64,000 nt of DNA. Origin: a virus. This document shows positions 54,821 to 64,000 of the stretch, one piece after another (the first letter of the stretch is position 1; the number at the start of each line of letters is the position of its first letter). A model generated the notes under the pieces. The model did no database searches and had not been told where the DNA came from. It saw only the letters and a list, made by a program, of their open reading frames with translations. The stretch covers positions 1 to 64,000 of IMG/VR virus record IMGVR_UViG_3300034175_000062; one strand, 5' to 3'. The position numbers and the translations under genes are program-made.

Positions 54821-55117
54821 ATGACAGAGCTGTATACGTTTGGCGACGGTAACGTTGTCGCCAAGGGCGGAATTTGGGATAAAGACGACCCCGATCTGCC
54901 AGGACTTTGCACCATCAGTTTCTTTGTGAGCGATACGCTTAATAAACTCGGTGAAGAGGTGCCGCAAGACGCATACGACGCTCTAGTCGCTGGTACGCCT
55001 GAGCTGATGCTCGGGTTCAAGAATCTCAAATCGATGGATATCTTTATCGATTGGATGGCTATGGCTCGGACGCATTACGCTCACTGGTTAGAGCATGGAG
55101 TGGTCGATGAAACCTGA
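54821..55117 (+). CDS. hypothetical protein
   Basis: AAGGAG RBS. Confidence 0.65.
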   Translation: MTELYTFGDGNVVAKGGIWDKDDPDLPGLCTISFFVSDTLNKLGEEVPQDAYDALVAGTPELMLGFKNLKSMDIFIDWMAMARTHYAHWLEHGVVDET

Positions 55118-55385
55118 GTTTAACTTCGTCGGACCAGGAGTCCATGAGGTCGATATCCTCCTCTTCATGGGTCCGATGTCCGATGACGATGGTCCGTTCC
55201 TACGGATGCCAGACAACTGGTCGTTAGCGCACGTGATGCACCACGCTGGTCTGTTTCCGAGCGTCGGCCAGGCGAAGAAGAATGGCTGGGACAAGCCGAT
55301 CGAGCCGGGCTTCTCACATTTCGTCGTAACCAAGCGGAAGATCGCCGTCTGGATACTGACTCGTTTCGAGGGTTGCTTTGAATGA
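55107..55385 (+). CDS. protein with S4-like (TyrRS C-terminal type) RNA-binding motif
   Basis: SLAHVMHHAGLFPSVGQAKKNG. Confidence 0.62.
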   Translation: MKPEFNFVGPGVHEVDILLFMGPMSDDDGPFLRMPDNWSLAHVMHHAGLFPSVGQAKKNGWDKPIEPGFSHFVVTKRKIAVWILTRFEGCFE

Positions 55386-56050
55386 TTATCGGTGTCTCGC
55401 TAGACTTCTGGGGTACGATCGCGAAGCCTAATCCGAAGTACTCTACCGCTCGAACTGCGTACTTCGCTGAGCTATTCGGTGTCGAGCCGGAGGTCGCTCA
55501 TGCCAAATACGTCCAGATCAAGCGTCACGCTGACTACGCTGCCGAACACTTCGGGACTGCGTATCATCCGATGGCTCAGATACGATCACTGTTGAACTGC
55601 GAGAAACTGACGCGCAAGGTCGATGCATGTGACGTCTATTATGATCTGATGCATCGCGTTGCTCGCTACAAACCCGTCATCTCGCCATCAATGAAAGCGC
55701 TGCTCAAGCGAGCGTCGCCGCTGTTCGTGATGGGTATCACCTCGAATACCAATTTCATACCCGGTCATGTGCTCGCGTCATTGATACCATCCACGTTTGC
55801 TGAACCGACGTGGTCTGATGTCGTCGGCATCTGCAAGCCGTCACCGGAGATATTCAACCAGACGTACCGTTCCCTCGTCACGAAGAACGGCGCTGCGATC
55901 AAGCCGTGGGAGATACTGCATATCGGTGATAACTACAGGTGTGACTACGTTGGGGCTACGCGTTTCGGCTTTCAAGGCCGTCACGTCAAGAGCGTAGAAG
56001 AAACTGAGGCTGTGCTTCAGATGATTATCGACCAGGGAGAGCTTGAATGA
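55382..56050 (+). CDS. HAD-superfamily hydrolase
   Basis: SLDFWGT (motif I variant), TSN, KPSPEIF, HIGDN..CD..GA..G. Confidence 0.88.
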   Translation: MIIGVSLDFWGTIAKPNPKYSTARTAYFAELFGVEPEVAHAKYVQIKRHADYAAEHFGTAYHPMAQIRSLLNCEKLTRKVDACDVYYDLMHRVARYKPVISPSMKALLKRASPLFVMGITSNTNFIPGHVLASLIPSTFAEPTWSDVVGICKPSPEIFNQTYRSLVTKNGAAIKPWEILHIGDNYRCDYVGATRFGFQGRHVKSVEETEAVLQMIIDQGELE

Positions 56051-56916
56051 CGACTCATATGGCTATTAAGCAGTTTGGCGATCTAACCGACCAGATGAAG
56101 CGCGAGTGGGGCAGGGCGTATTCGATGTTGAAATTCGGCGATGACACCGTTGCCAAGAACTTCGCGTACAAGATGGCTGATGCGTTCTTCGACAACTACA
56201 CCGATCTGTTCACAGACGACCAGCCTCAGCCGGTGATCATCCCGGCTCCCTGCAGCTCGAACGTGCCGATCGCGTCTAAGATGCTGGCGGATCACTTCAT
56301 GCATCGACTCAATGCGATCATGGCTGATCGCATGCTGCCGCCTGTCGAGATGACGCTGATGCAGCGGCTGAATACGTACTACAATAACTACTGCCATCTA
56401 GAAGAGAGCGAACGGGCTCGTCTGTTGGCGCAAGACACGCTCTACATCAATCGCGATTTTATCGCCGGCAAGCGGCTGATCTTCGTCGATGACTGTACGA
56501 TCACTGGCACGCACGAGAAGAACATTATCCGTTTCTTCGATGCTCACGATCTCAACAACGAGCTGTACTTCGTCTGTTACGCCAACTATACTGGCGCGGA
56601 TCCGACTATCGAGGGGCGACTCAATCACCTCTACATCAAGTCGGCGGATGACGTGCTCCGTCAGTACTGGCGGATGTCGCTGATCGGTGAGCGGTTTATC
56701 CTGACCACTCGCGCGGTGCGTCTAATCCTCGAGGCTAACGAGGATGCGTTCCGGAGGTTCATTCACGAGTTTCCGCAGACGTTCATTAACGAGCTGTTAC
56801 ATGCGGCGATATCGAAAGAGTATCACCTCTACGAAGATTACACTAACAACTTCCTTTATCTGAAGGCGTGCTGTGCAAAAGAGTTGACATTTCCAAAACA
56901 ACATGTTATAGTATAG
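56047..56916 (+). CDS. ComF-like phosphoribosyltransferase (PRTase_3, Ter-associated type)
   Basis: YSMLKFGD, VPIAS, PRPP-binding loop LIFVDDCTITGTHE, IEGRLN. Confidence 0.8.
   Translation: MTTHMAIKQFGDLTDQMKREWGRAYSMLKFGDDTVAKNFAYKMADAFFDNYTDLFTDDQPQPVIIPAPCSSNVPIASKMLADHFMHRLNAIMADRMLPPVEMTLMQRLNTYYNNYCHLEESERARLLAQDTLYINRDFIAGKRLIFVDDCTITGTHEKNIIRFFDAHDLNNELYFVCYANYTGADPTIEGRLNHLYIKSADDVLRQYWRMSLIGERFILTTRAVRLILEANEDAFRRFIHEFPQTFINELLHAAISKEYHLYEDYTNNFLYLKACCAKELTFPKQHVIV
56884..56912 (+). promoter_or_regulatory. sigma70-type promoter
   Basis: TTGACA-N17-TATAGT. Confidence 0.7.
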
Positions 56917-56974
56917 TTATTGCCTGGGTTCGTCGGCTCGATGATACTCTGGCCGACGAACCTATGGAGTTGCA

Positions 56975-57847
56975 ATGCGTCCTGATATGAAGAAGCTGCT
57001 CTGTGAGCGGCCTCGGTATGGCGGCGGTTACGATAAGCGTAATCGTGGTTACGCTAAGAACGCGTCCTTTGACGAAATGCCGACCAAACAGAGCATGTCT
57101 CGCGGTCGTCACGGCACTAAAGAGTTCGGTGAGTTCCTCGCCCCGCTGAAGCGCTTCATCAAGAAGCAGGTGGGCCGCAAGTGGAACGACGTCTTCTCCG
57201 AGATCTGTGAGCACATCAACGGTTACAATCCCGTTCAGACCCACATCCTCGAGCACGTCGATGGCTATATCTCCATCAAGGTGCAACGTGTCAGCACCAA
57301 CGAGTCGAAGACCGGCTTTGTTTCTCACGGTGGTATCCGTCCTGAGAGCAGCAGCTGGCGTCATCCTCTTCGTGCTGGTGAGTTGTACGTCGATCCGGAT
57401 GATAACATCATCAAGGTGGCTAAGAACATCGTCAAGGACAAGCCGAAGCCGCCTCCTGAGAACAAGCTGAAGGTCTTCAATCGTAATCTGATCGGTGTCA
57501 AGGAAGAGGGAATCTGGTACACGATCGATCTGAAAGACTATAAGGACGGATCGAAGTGGGACTGGTGGTACGGCATCGATCCGCCGGATAAGAACCAGGA
57601 TAACGTCGGCAATGCCAAGTACGGCCATTACACTCGGATCAAGCTGATCGACGGCAAGCAGTACAACGACTATTTGTACGGTTCCAACAAGAATCGCTGG
57701 GGCGACTACTTCGAGATCGGAGTCTATCTACCCTGGAATTGGCGTGGTCGTAAGGCGATCGGCCTTCGCGAGAATATCGTTGGACACCACAAGGTCCAGA
57801 TGACATCCAAGCTGCTTCGGCAGCATAACCTGAAGAACGACCGATGA
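56975..57847 (+). CDS. hypothetical protein (basic)
   Basis: MRPDMKKLLCERPR, LAPLKRFI..QVGRKWNDVFSEI, LYVDP. Confidence 0.8.
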   Translation: MRPDMKKLLCERPRYGGGYDKRNRGYAKNASFDEMPTKQSMSRGRHGTKEFGEFLAPLKRFIKKQVGRKWNDVFSEICEHINGYNPVQTHILEHVDGYISIKVQRVSTNESKTGFVSHGGIRPESSSWRHPLRAGELYVDPDDNIIKVAKNIVKDKPKPPPENKLKVFNRNLIGVKEEGIWYTIDLKDYKDGSKWDWWYGIDPPDKNQDNVGNAKYGHYTRIKLIDGKQYNDYLYGSNKNRWGDYFEIGVYLPWNWRGRKAIGLRENIVGHHKVQMTSKLLRQHNLKNDR

Positions 57848-58206
57848 CTATTATTCTATTGCTAGCGCTTCTGTTTACGAAGCATCTTGTATTCGACTTT
57901 ATCTATCAGCCACCGTATCAGTGGCAGAATAAAGGAACGTATGGACACCTTGGTGGAATTATCCACACTGGGCAACATGTAATTGCCTCATGGTGTATCC
58001 TATTGTTCTTTACCACTTTACCTCTCTGTGCCCTTCTCTGTGCCACAGAAGCATTGATCCATTACCATATGGATTGGTTTAAGATGTGGTATAACAAGAA
58101 GAAGGGTTGGGGAGCGACCACGCACAATGAGTTCTGGATACTGACCGGAATCGATCAGTGGGTCCATGCGATGACTTACATCCTCATGGTCGCTCTACTT
58201 CTTTAA
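57844..58206 (+). CDS. DUF3307-like membrane protein
   Basis: KHLVFDFIYQ, HYHMDWFK, GIDQWVH. Confidence 0.8.
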   Translation: MTIILLLALLFTKHLVFDFIYQPPYQWQNKGTYGHLGGIIHTGQHVIASWCILLFFTTLPLCALLCATEALIHYHMDWFKMWYNKKKGWGATTHNEFWILTGIDQWVHAMTYILMVALLL

Positions 58207-59199
58207 TTAGAAGTACGTAATAACGATAACTGCTCCAGGACCGCCGGCGCCACCAGCTCCGGCGGCACTTCCGTTTGTAGCAGAGCCACCTCCACCACCA
58301 CCTGCTGCACGTCCACCAGAGCCGCCAGCATTAGCAGCAAAAGCAAGAGCGCCACCGCCGCCGCCTCCGCCGCCACCTGGTCCCAGCGTACCAGTAGCAG
58401 AACGACCATTACCAGCACCACCGACTGCAGTTGCATCGTATCTAGCACTGCCGGCGTTACCGGTAGCAGCATATCCGAAACCTGGACCACCTGATCCACC
58501 GCTCCATGCTAGCTGAATATCACCCCAGTATCCACCACCTGCAGCGCCTCCTGGACCACCGTAAAAGTTCCAAGCGCCACCGCTTGCCTGACCAGTAGAG
58601 TTAGATCCACCACCAGCTCCTGGGCCGAATCCGTTTACCGTGCTACTCAGGTCTGACTGACTATAAAGTACTCCAGCGCCTCCGCCCATAGATCCGCCAG
58701 CTCCTACAGCGCCATTAGTGCCGTTACTGCCTCCTCCAAGAAGCCCAGCACCACCGCCACCACCAATTAGTGATGCACCGACGACTGCACCAGCTCCGCC
58801 GGCACCGCCATAAGCTATCAGAACGCTACTACCGCCGAAGTTTGATCCAGCTGCGTTACTGCCGTTAGATCCATTGCCGCCATCGACTGTTGCAGCAGCG
58901 CCGCCAGCGCCACCATTACCCGCCTGGACAGATACAGTAGCGCCAAGTTCTGCCGCGTCAAATAGACGACGAAGGAAGGCGCCGCCTCCACCGCCACCAC
59001 CGCCAGGTTGACGAGTGGTACCGCTACCGCGTAGTCCGCCTCCACCGCCTCCACCACCGCCGAAAACTAGAACCTCGACGAACTTAGCGCCCGTTGGCTT
59101 AGTCCACGTTCCAGTAAATGGTGACGTGCCAGCGCCCTGTGGGACGTATGTATCTACCTTAACTGACGCTGGTAGCTGTGAAATATCGACTGTTCTCAT
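58207..59199 (-). CDS. glycine-rich fibre/receptor-binding protein
   Basis: WTKPTGAKFVEVLVFGGGGGGG...GGPGAVIVITY glycine-rich domain. Confidence 0.82.
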   Translation of the reverse strand: MRTVDISQLPASVKVDTYVPQGAGTSPFTGTWTKPTGAKFVEVLVFGGGGGGGGGLRGSGTTRQPGGGGGGGGAFLRRLFDAAELGATVSVQAGNGGAGGAAATVDGGNGSNGSNAAGSNFGGSSVLIAYGGAGGAGAVVGASLIGGGGGAGLLGGGSNGTNGAVGAGGSMGGGAGVLYSQSDLSSTVNGFGPGAGGGSNSTGQASGGAWNFYGGPGGAAGGGYWGDIQLAWSGGSGGPGFGYAATGNAGSARYDATAVGGAGNGRSATGTLGPGGGGGGGGGALAFAANAGGSGGRAAGGGGGGSATNGSAAGAGGAGGPGAVIVITYF

Positions 59200-59211
59200 T
59201 GTTGTATCCGA

Positions 59212-60627
59212 TTAGAAGAAGTTGAGGATAGTAACACGGCCAACGGCACCATTACCACCAGAGCCAGTAACAGCAGCGGTAGTGTTTAAGTGAGCGCCAC
59301 CGCCTCCTCCGCCACCGCCTGGAGCAGCGCCATCTGCGCCGCTGCCAGATGCTACACCTGCTGTGTTTGCTGCGGGACCTCCGCCACCACCCCAGCCGGC
59401 GTCAAGCGATAGAGCTACACGGTTAGCTCCTGACGCAGGGAGACTCTGATCGTCATATATCGCTCCGTAGCTGCCGCCCCATGACATGTAGTTCATGTAG
59501 TTGATACCATCTGATCCAAGCTTGCCGCCGTTACCAGCTACGACATCAGCTTTGCCATCAGCAGCAACGCCAGCGCCTGCACCACCACCCGTTGGTGATT
59601 GATCAGTATCTCCACCAGAAATCGCTTCAGTAGCTTCAAAGTCTAAGATAGTACCAACGCCAGAGCTTCCACCCTTACCGCCCGAGAACGTGCCGAACTT
59701 GTTGGTTGGCGTGTTGATATTGATCATACCACCTCGGCCGCCTCCAGCTGAAGCAAATGATCCAAACGAGCTATTACCGCCAGCCAGAGCAGATACCGCA
59801 ACAGTACTATTTGCAGTAACACCGGACGATTTAGCTCCACCTGCGCCAACAGTGACTGTTACAGTCGGCGTTAGAAGTGCTGCAGGGATCCATGCCACAG
59901 TCTTAGCGCCACCGGCGCCACCTGCTCCGCCTTTTGCTATCGTTCCAAGAGCCTGCTTCGAGCCGCCCTGACCACCTCCACCTGCTCCATAAACGTACAC
60001 CTGAACTGCCTTTAGACCAGCACGAGCGGTCCATGTGAAAGTACCTGCTGTCGTATACGAATCAATGATGAGCGTACCGCCAGTTCCGTTAGTACCTGCA
60101 GCGCCAGCCGATCCAGTATATCCCGTGTTGCCACTAAGTGGTCGAATGGTATATCCTAGACCAGCAGCAACAGTACCAACGATAGTCACCGTAGTATCGG
60201 TCAGTGTGTAGTCAGTGGTTGGTGTTTGAATGATACCATTGAGTGTAACAATGATATCGTTGACAGTAAGACCAGTGATTGGTAGCGTTATCGTCTGGTT
60301 AGCAGTCGCTGTTGTAGTACCGACAACTGGTGTAAACGCGCTAGAGCCAGCGCTCGGACCAATTGGACCAACTGGACCCGGTACTGTCGATGCTGAACCA
60401 GTATAGCCAGTAGGACCGACCGGACCGTTAGGACCAGTCAGACCAGTTGGTCCAGTTAGGCCTGTCGCGCCAGCTGAACCGTTATATCCAGTTGGACCGA
60501 TTGGACCAGTTGGACCCGTAGGACCGATCGGTCCAGTGGCACCTTGCGATCCTGTATAACCATTGCCGGCTGGGCCGGTTGGTCCGCCTACAGCGCCGGC
60601 GACTTGTGATGCACTAAGAATTCTCAT
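59212..60627 (-). CDS. collagen-like plus glycine-rich-domain fibre protein
   Basis: N-terminal GPT/GYTGS triplets, LNGIIQTP module, Gly-rich domain. Confidence 0.82.
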   Translation of the reverse strand: MRILSASQVAGAVGGPTGPAGNGYTGSQGATGPIGPTGPTGPIGPTGYNGSAGATGLTGPTGLTGPNGPVGPTGYTGSASTVPGPVGPIGPSAGSSAFTPVVGTTTATANQTITLPITGLTVNDIIVTLNGIIQTPTTDYTLTDTTVTIVGTVAAGLGYTIRPLSGNTGYTGSAGAAGTNGTGGTLIIDSYTTAGTFTWTARAGLKAVQVYVYGAGGGGQGGSKQALGTIAKGGAGGAGGAKTVAWIPAALLTPTVTVTVGAGGAKSSGVTANSTVAVSALAGGNSSFGSFASAGGGRGGMININTPTNKFGTFSGGKGGSSGVGTILDFEATEAISGGDTDQSPTGGGAGAGVAADGKADVVAGNGGKLGSDGINYMNYMSWGGSYGAIYDDQSLPASGANRVALSLDAGWGGGGGPAANTAGVASGSGADGAAPGGGGGGGGAHLNTTAAVTGSGGNGAVGRVTILNFF

Positions 60628-63411
60628 TTATCGTATCCTGATTGCGATTAGTTCTGCGGCGTTGATAGTCACACCAGTTTGCGTATCGATGTAGACGAAT
60701 AGACGTAGTAGCTGTCCGGCAGTCAATGCCATAACTCGTCGGTTCATCTCTCCGTGTCTTACTTGAGTGCCGACTGTAAGAGCGCCTGGTGACGTCCTCC
60801 ATAGGAATGCTGGACTATCTACGTTAGAAGTGTCGATACCAATACCCCAACTGAACTTAGCGTTACTAGCTGTTCCATCGCTGAAACGTATCTTGCCCTG
60901 GATGTCGTAGATGCCAGTCTCTGGCACCGTCCACTGGCCATTGGTAGTATTGAACGCTCCGCCACCTGTGTTCGTTGTAACAGTATTTAGAACTACCGTA
61001 TTAAAGCTTCCTGCTCCGATCGCTCCAGTAGTTGTATTCGTCGACGCGATAAGAACTGGGAAGTTCGATGATGCATCGACACCGGCTGAACCAGTATAAC
61101 CAGTCGTTCCACTGAGTGGACGAACTGTGTATGTCATACCAGCTTCTGTTGGACCAACGAGCTGAAGCGTAGATGCAATGATGCTATAGTCGGTGATTGG
61201 ATTCTGAACAACACCGTTTAGCGTTACGATAACATCGTTAGCACCAAGAGTAGCAGATGGTAGGGCGATGGTGTAGTTGTTAGTACCATTTACCGAACCA
61301 GTTACAGGAACAAACTGAAGCGAACCAGCGCCCGTTCCCTGTAGTCCAGTCGGACCAGTTGGACCAGTTGGACCAGGAACAACTGAAGCCGAGCCAGTAT
61401 ATCCCATCGGACCAATCGGACCAGTTGGACCAGTCGGACCCAGTGGACCAGTCGGACCTAGTGGACCTACAGAACCAATCGAACCGTTAAAGCCGGTTGC
61501 GCCAGTTGGACCAGTAGCACCCTGAGAACCAGCGTAGCCGATCGGACCCTGAATACCCTGAGCACCGCTTGGGCCAGTTACACCTTGAATACCCTGTGAG
61601 CCATTCGGACCTACAGGTCCTGCTGGGCCAGTTGCACCGATAGAACCAGCGTAGCCGATCGGACCTTGTGGACCGACAGGACCAATCGGGCCTTGGATAC
61701 CTTGTGGACCAGCTGGACCCGTGAGACCGAGTGGACCTGTTGCGCCAATAGAACCGTTATAACCAGTGACGCCCTGCGGACCAATCGGACCAGCAGCACC
61801 AGTAATACCAATCGAACCAGTGTATCCTACAACGCCCTGTGGACCTGACGGACCGGTAAGACCTGCCGGACCAGTGAAGCCCTGCGTTCCCTGTGGTCCT
61901 GTAGCACCAATCGATCCTGTAAAGCCTGCAGTTCCTTGTGGACCAGTCGGACCAGCCGCACCAGTCGGACCTGTTAGACCCGTCGCACCAGTGACACCGA
62001 TTGGTCCAGTAAGACCAGTCGAACCAGTAAATCCGCTCGGTCCTTGTGGACCAGTCAGACCTGTGAAACCAGTCGGTCCCTGAGTACCAGCCGAACCAGT
62101 ATAACCAGTTACGCCGATGACGCCCTGGATACCCTGTGGACCAGTCGGACCTGTTGGTCCAGTCGTTCCAGGAATACCCTGTGGTCCTGCTGGACCAGTT
62201 GCGCCCTGTGGACCAGTCGGACCTGAGATGCTGCCTACGTTAGTAAATACGTTACCATCATAGACGTACAGATTACCACTGATCAGATATGCGTCGCCGG
62301 TAGCGTTACCAGTTGTTGGTAGCTGAGATGAGCTAGCGAGTGTTCCAAGAATACGAACACTAGCACCAATCGAACCAGTATAACCTAGCGATCCAGTATA
62401 ACCAATCGTGCCCTGAATACCCTGCGGGCCGGTCGGACCTACAGGACCCGTTACACCCAGCGAGCCGCTGTATCCGGTTAGTCCCATGACGCCTTGTACG
62501 CCCTGTGAACCAGTATAACCGATTACGCCCTGTGGACCTACTGCGCCGATAGAGCCGTTAAAGCCGGTTGCGCCCTGAACGCCCTGTGGACCTACTGGAC
62601 CAGCAGAACCGACCGAACCGTTAAAGCCTGTTGGACCGATAGGACCAGCAACACCCTGGATACCTTGAATGCCCTGTGGACCGACACTGCCGATTGAACC
62701 GTTAAAGCCAGTCGGACCTACTGGGCCAGTCGTACCTTGTGGACCCGGACCACCGATCGAACCATTAAAGCCTGTTACGCCTTGTGGACCGACAGGACCA
62801 GCTGGACCAAGCGAACCCTGCGAGCCAGTGAAGCCGATTAGACCCTGAGCACCAACAGGACCCTGAGCTCCGATAGGACCAGCGACACCCTGTGGTCCTT
62901 GAGGACCAACTGAACCAGTCGGACCAGTCGGACCTACAGGACCTGCTACAAGAGATGCCGAACCGGTATAACCGATGTCACCACGCGATCCGTTGTAACC
63001 TACGCCCTGGATACCTTGAATACCCTGCGGACCTTCTGGACCCGTAGGACCGACGATGCCCTGAGCGCCAACTGCGCCTTGCGATCCAGTGTATCCCATC
63101 GGACCAGTTGGGCCAACGATAGTAGACGCTGAACCGACATAACCGGTGTCACCCTTTGAACCAGTGTATCCCTGCGATCCGGTATAGCCAAGTGAACCAG
63201 TATAGCCGATGGTCGTAGATGCTGAACCAGTATAACCGATCGATCCAGTATAACCGAATGAACCAGTAAATCCACGCGAGCCACCGTAACCCTTAAGTTC
63301 GGTACTTACGAGCATAGAGTACTGAGATGACGCATCAACGACTACTACACTGCCTTCGACAGTATAGTTAAGCATCGTGACTATTAGCGTGTAGTCATTA
63401 GAAGAGGTCAT
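60628..63411 (-). CDS. long collagen-like fibre protein with C1q/TNF-like C-terminal head
   Basis: About 600 aa of Gly-X-Y in two blocks; C-terminus [18 protein letters not shown]...LTAGQLLRL. Confidence 0.85.
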   Translation of the reverse strand: MTSSNDYTLIVTMLNYTVEGSVVVVDASSQYSMLVSTELKGYGGSRGFTGSFGYTGSIGYTGSASTTIGYTGSLGYTGSQGYTGSKGDTGYVGSASTIVGPTGPMGYTGSQGAVGAQGIVGPTGPEGPQGIQGIQGVGYNGSRGDIGYTGSASLVAGPVGPTGPTGSVGPQGPQGVAGPIGAQGPVGAQGLIGFTGSQGSLGPAGPVGPQGVTGFNGSIGGPGPQGTTGPVGPTGFNGSIGSVGPQGIQGIQGVAGPIGPTGFNGSVGSAGPVGPQGVQGATGFNGSIGAVGPQGVIGYTGSQGVQGVMGLTGYSGSLGVTGPVGPTGPQGIQGTIGYTGSLGYTGSIGASVRILGTLASSSQLPTTGNATGDAYLISGNLYVYDGNVFTNVGSISGPTGPQGATGPAGPQGIPGTTGPTGPTGPQGIQGVIGVTGYTGSAGTQGPTGFTGLTGPQGPSGFTGSTGLTGPIGVTGATGLTGPTGAAGPTGPQGTAGFTGSIGATGPQGTQGFTGPAGLTGPSGPQGVVGYTGSIGITGAAGPIGPQGVTGYNGSIGATGPLGLTGPAGPQGIQGPIGPVGPQGPIGYAGSIGATGPAGPVGPNGSQGIQGVTGPSGAQGIQGPIGYAGSQGATGPTGATGFNGSIGSVGPLGPTGPLGPTGPTGPIGPMGYTGSASVVPGPTGPTGPTGLQGTGAGSLQFVPVTGSVNGTNNYTIALPSATLGANDVIVTLNGVVQNPITDYSIIASTLQLVGPTEAGMTYTVRPLSGTTGYTGSAGVDASSNFPVLIASTNTTTGAIGAGSFNTVVLNTVTTNTGGGAFNTTNGQWTVPETGIYDIQGKIRFSDGTASNAKFSWGIGIDTSNVDSPAFLWRTSPGALTVGTQVRHGEMNRRVMALTAGQLLRLFVYIDTQTGVTINAAELIAIRIR

Positions 63412-63724
63412 TGTACACCTGCAGAGCTACGACGTTGTTGATGGTTACAGTGTTATCGATCTTAGAACACTGTACGGAGAGTACGTAACCAGCACCGTCT
63501 GACCTAAGAGTCGCTGTCTGTTCAGCAGTCATAGATACGATTAGACCAGATGCTTGTACTGTCCTTCCGAGCGAAAATGGAGCAGGAGTTCCCTTAGCAG
63601 TCTGATAGCTGAGCTTGAGCTGAACAACCCATGTTCCATCATTAAGATTGATGAGCGTATTGTTATGCTTGACTGCGAGAAGGAACGCTACAGGGTTACC
63701 TTTAACGACTTTTATGGCTGACAC
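63398..63724 (-). CDS. small virion/fibre attachment protein
   Basis: GAGG RBS with GTG; first gene after late promoter. Confidence 0.62.
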   Translation of the reverse strand: MSAIKVVKGNPVAFLLAVKHNNTLINLNDGTWVVQLKLSYQTAKGTPAPFSLGRTVQASGLIVSMTAEQTATLRSDGAGYVLSVQCSKIDNTVTINNVVALQVYNDLF

Positions 63725-63751
63725 ATGCGATTCCTCTAGATACGTTTTTCA

Positions 63752-63759
63752 TATTTATA
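63752..63759 (-). promoter_or_regulatory. T4-type late promoter TATAAATA
   Basis: Exact match upstream of the collagen fibre operon. Confidence 0.75.
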
Positions 63760-63760
63760 G

Positions 63761-63789
63761 TTGACATTTTTAACCACTTGATATAGAGT
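63761..63789 (+). promoter_or_regulatory. sigma70-type promoter
   Basis: TTGACA-N17-TAGAGT. Confidence 0.65.
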
Positions 63790-63820
63790 GGCCTTATCCC
63801 TAAAGTGAGTCACATTTATA

Positions 63821-64000
63821 ATGCATACTTTCGATAGTGCTTACCGGATTGGCAAGCGCTTCAGTGGTAATGACGAGTTTACACCGATCGACGTCAAGAA
63901 CGAGCCGATGTTCTTTAACTCGAGCTTGGCATACGCCTACAACGAAGGCGGGTCGATCACCAGAGAGTTCATCAACGCGTTCTCACACGATTTCGCTATC
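63821..64000 (+). CDS. 5' part of a phage protein (MHTFDSAYRIG...VKNEPMFFNS...GGSITREF), truncated by the window
   Basis: Read manually; open to the window end after a promoter. Confidence 0.7.
   Translation, partial: MHTFDSAYRIGKRFSGNDEFTPIDVKNEPMFFNSSLAYAYNEGGSITREFINAFSHDFAI

Noticed and set aside
60628-63411. ggaccagtt/ggaccagtc nucleotide repeats as tandem DNA repeats or a DGR template
   Set aside because: Explained by Gly-Pro-Thr coding; no reverse transcriptase and no adenine-specific variant pair seen
1-64000. Stop-codon reassignment
   Set aside because: Core genes are intact in the standard code, and TAA, TGA and TAG all terminate plausible genes

Overview
A 64-kb segment of a large T4-like myophage. 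The host is probably an alphaproteobacterium (Sphingomonadales/Caulobacterales-like), inferred from a PEPxxWA-CTERM gene. (1) 1-30.6 kb is the minus-strand late morphogenesis cluster: gp6, gp7, gp8, two large cyanophage-type baseplate proteins, a collagen-like fibre with an S74 chaperone, gp13-gp20 and gp67/68-like proteins. It is interrupted by a three-domain glycosyltransferase and a small virion gene on the + strand, and it includes a 2OG-Fe(II) oxygenase. (2) 30.7-36.9 kb is a + strand accessory block: an ACP-like protein lacking the carrier Ser, a macrodomain, NADAR and a divergent NadE-like enzyme. (3) 37.1-52.4 kb is a minus-strand array of about 40 small early genes. It is punctuated by about 25 related sigma70-type promoter cassettes and about 12 opposing + strand promoters, and contains several structured non-coding RNA candidates, a PEP-CTERM protein and an unannotated ArfA-like ORF. 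(4) 52.6-58.2 kb holds + strand genes (AAA ATPase, S4-like, HAD + PRTase, DUF3307). (5) 58.2-63.7 kb is a second late operon of collagen/Gly-rich fibre proteins. The best candidates for undescribed systems are: a collagen-fibre hydroxylation/glycosylation module; a back-to-back sense/antisense promoter-cassette architecture with structured RNAs; and host-mimic proteins (apo-locked ACP, tail-less ArfA, exosortase substrate). All calls come from motif recognition by eye; no database searches were run.
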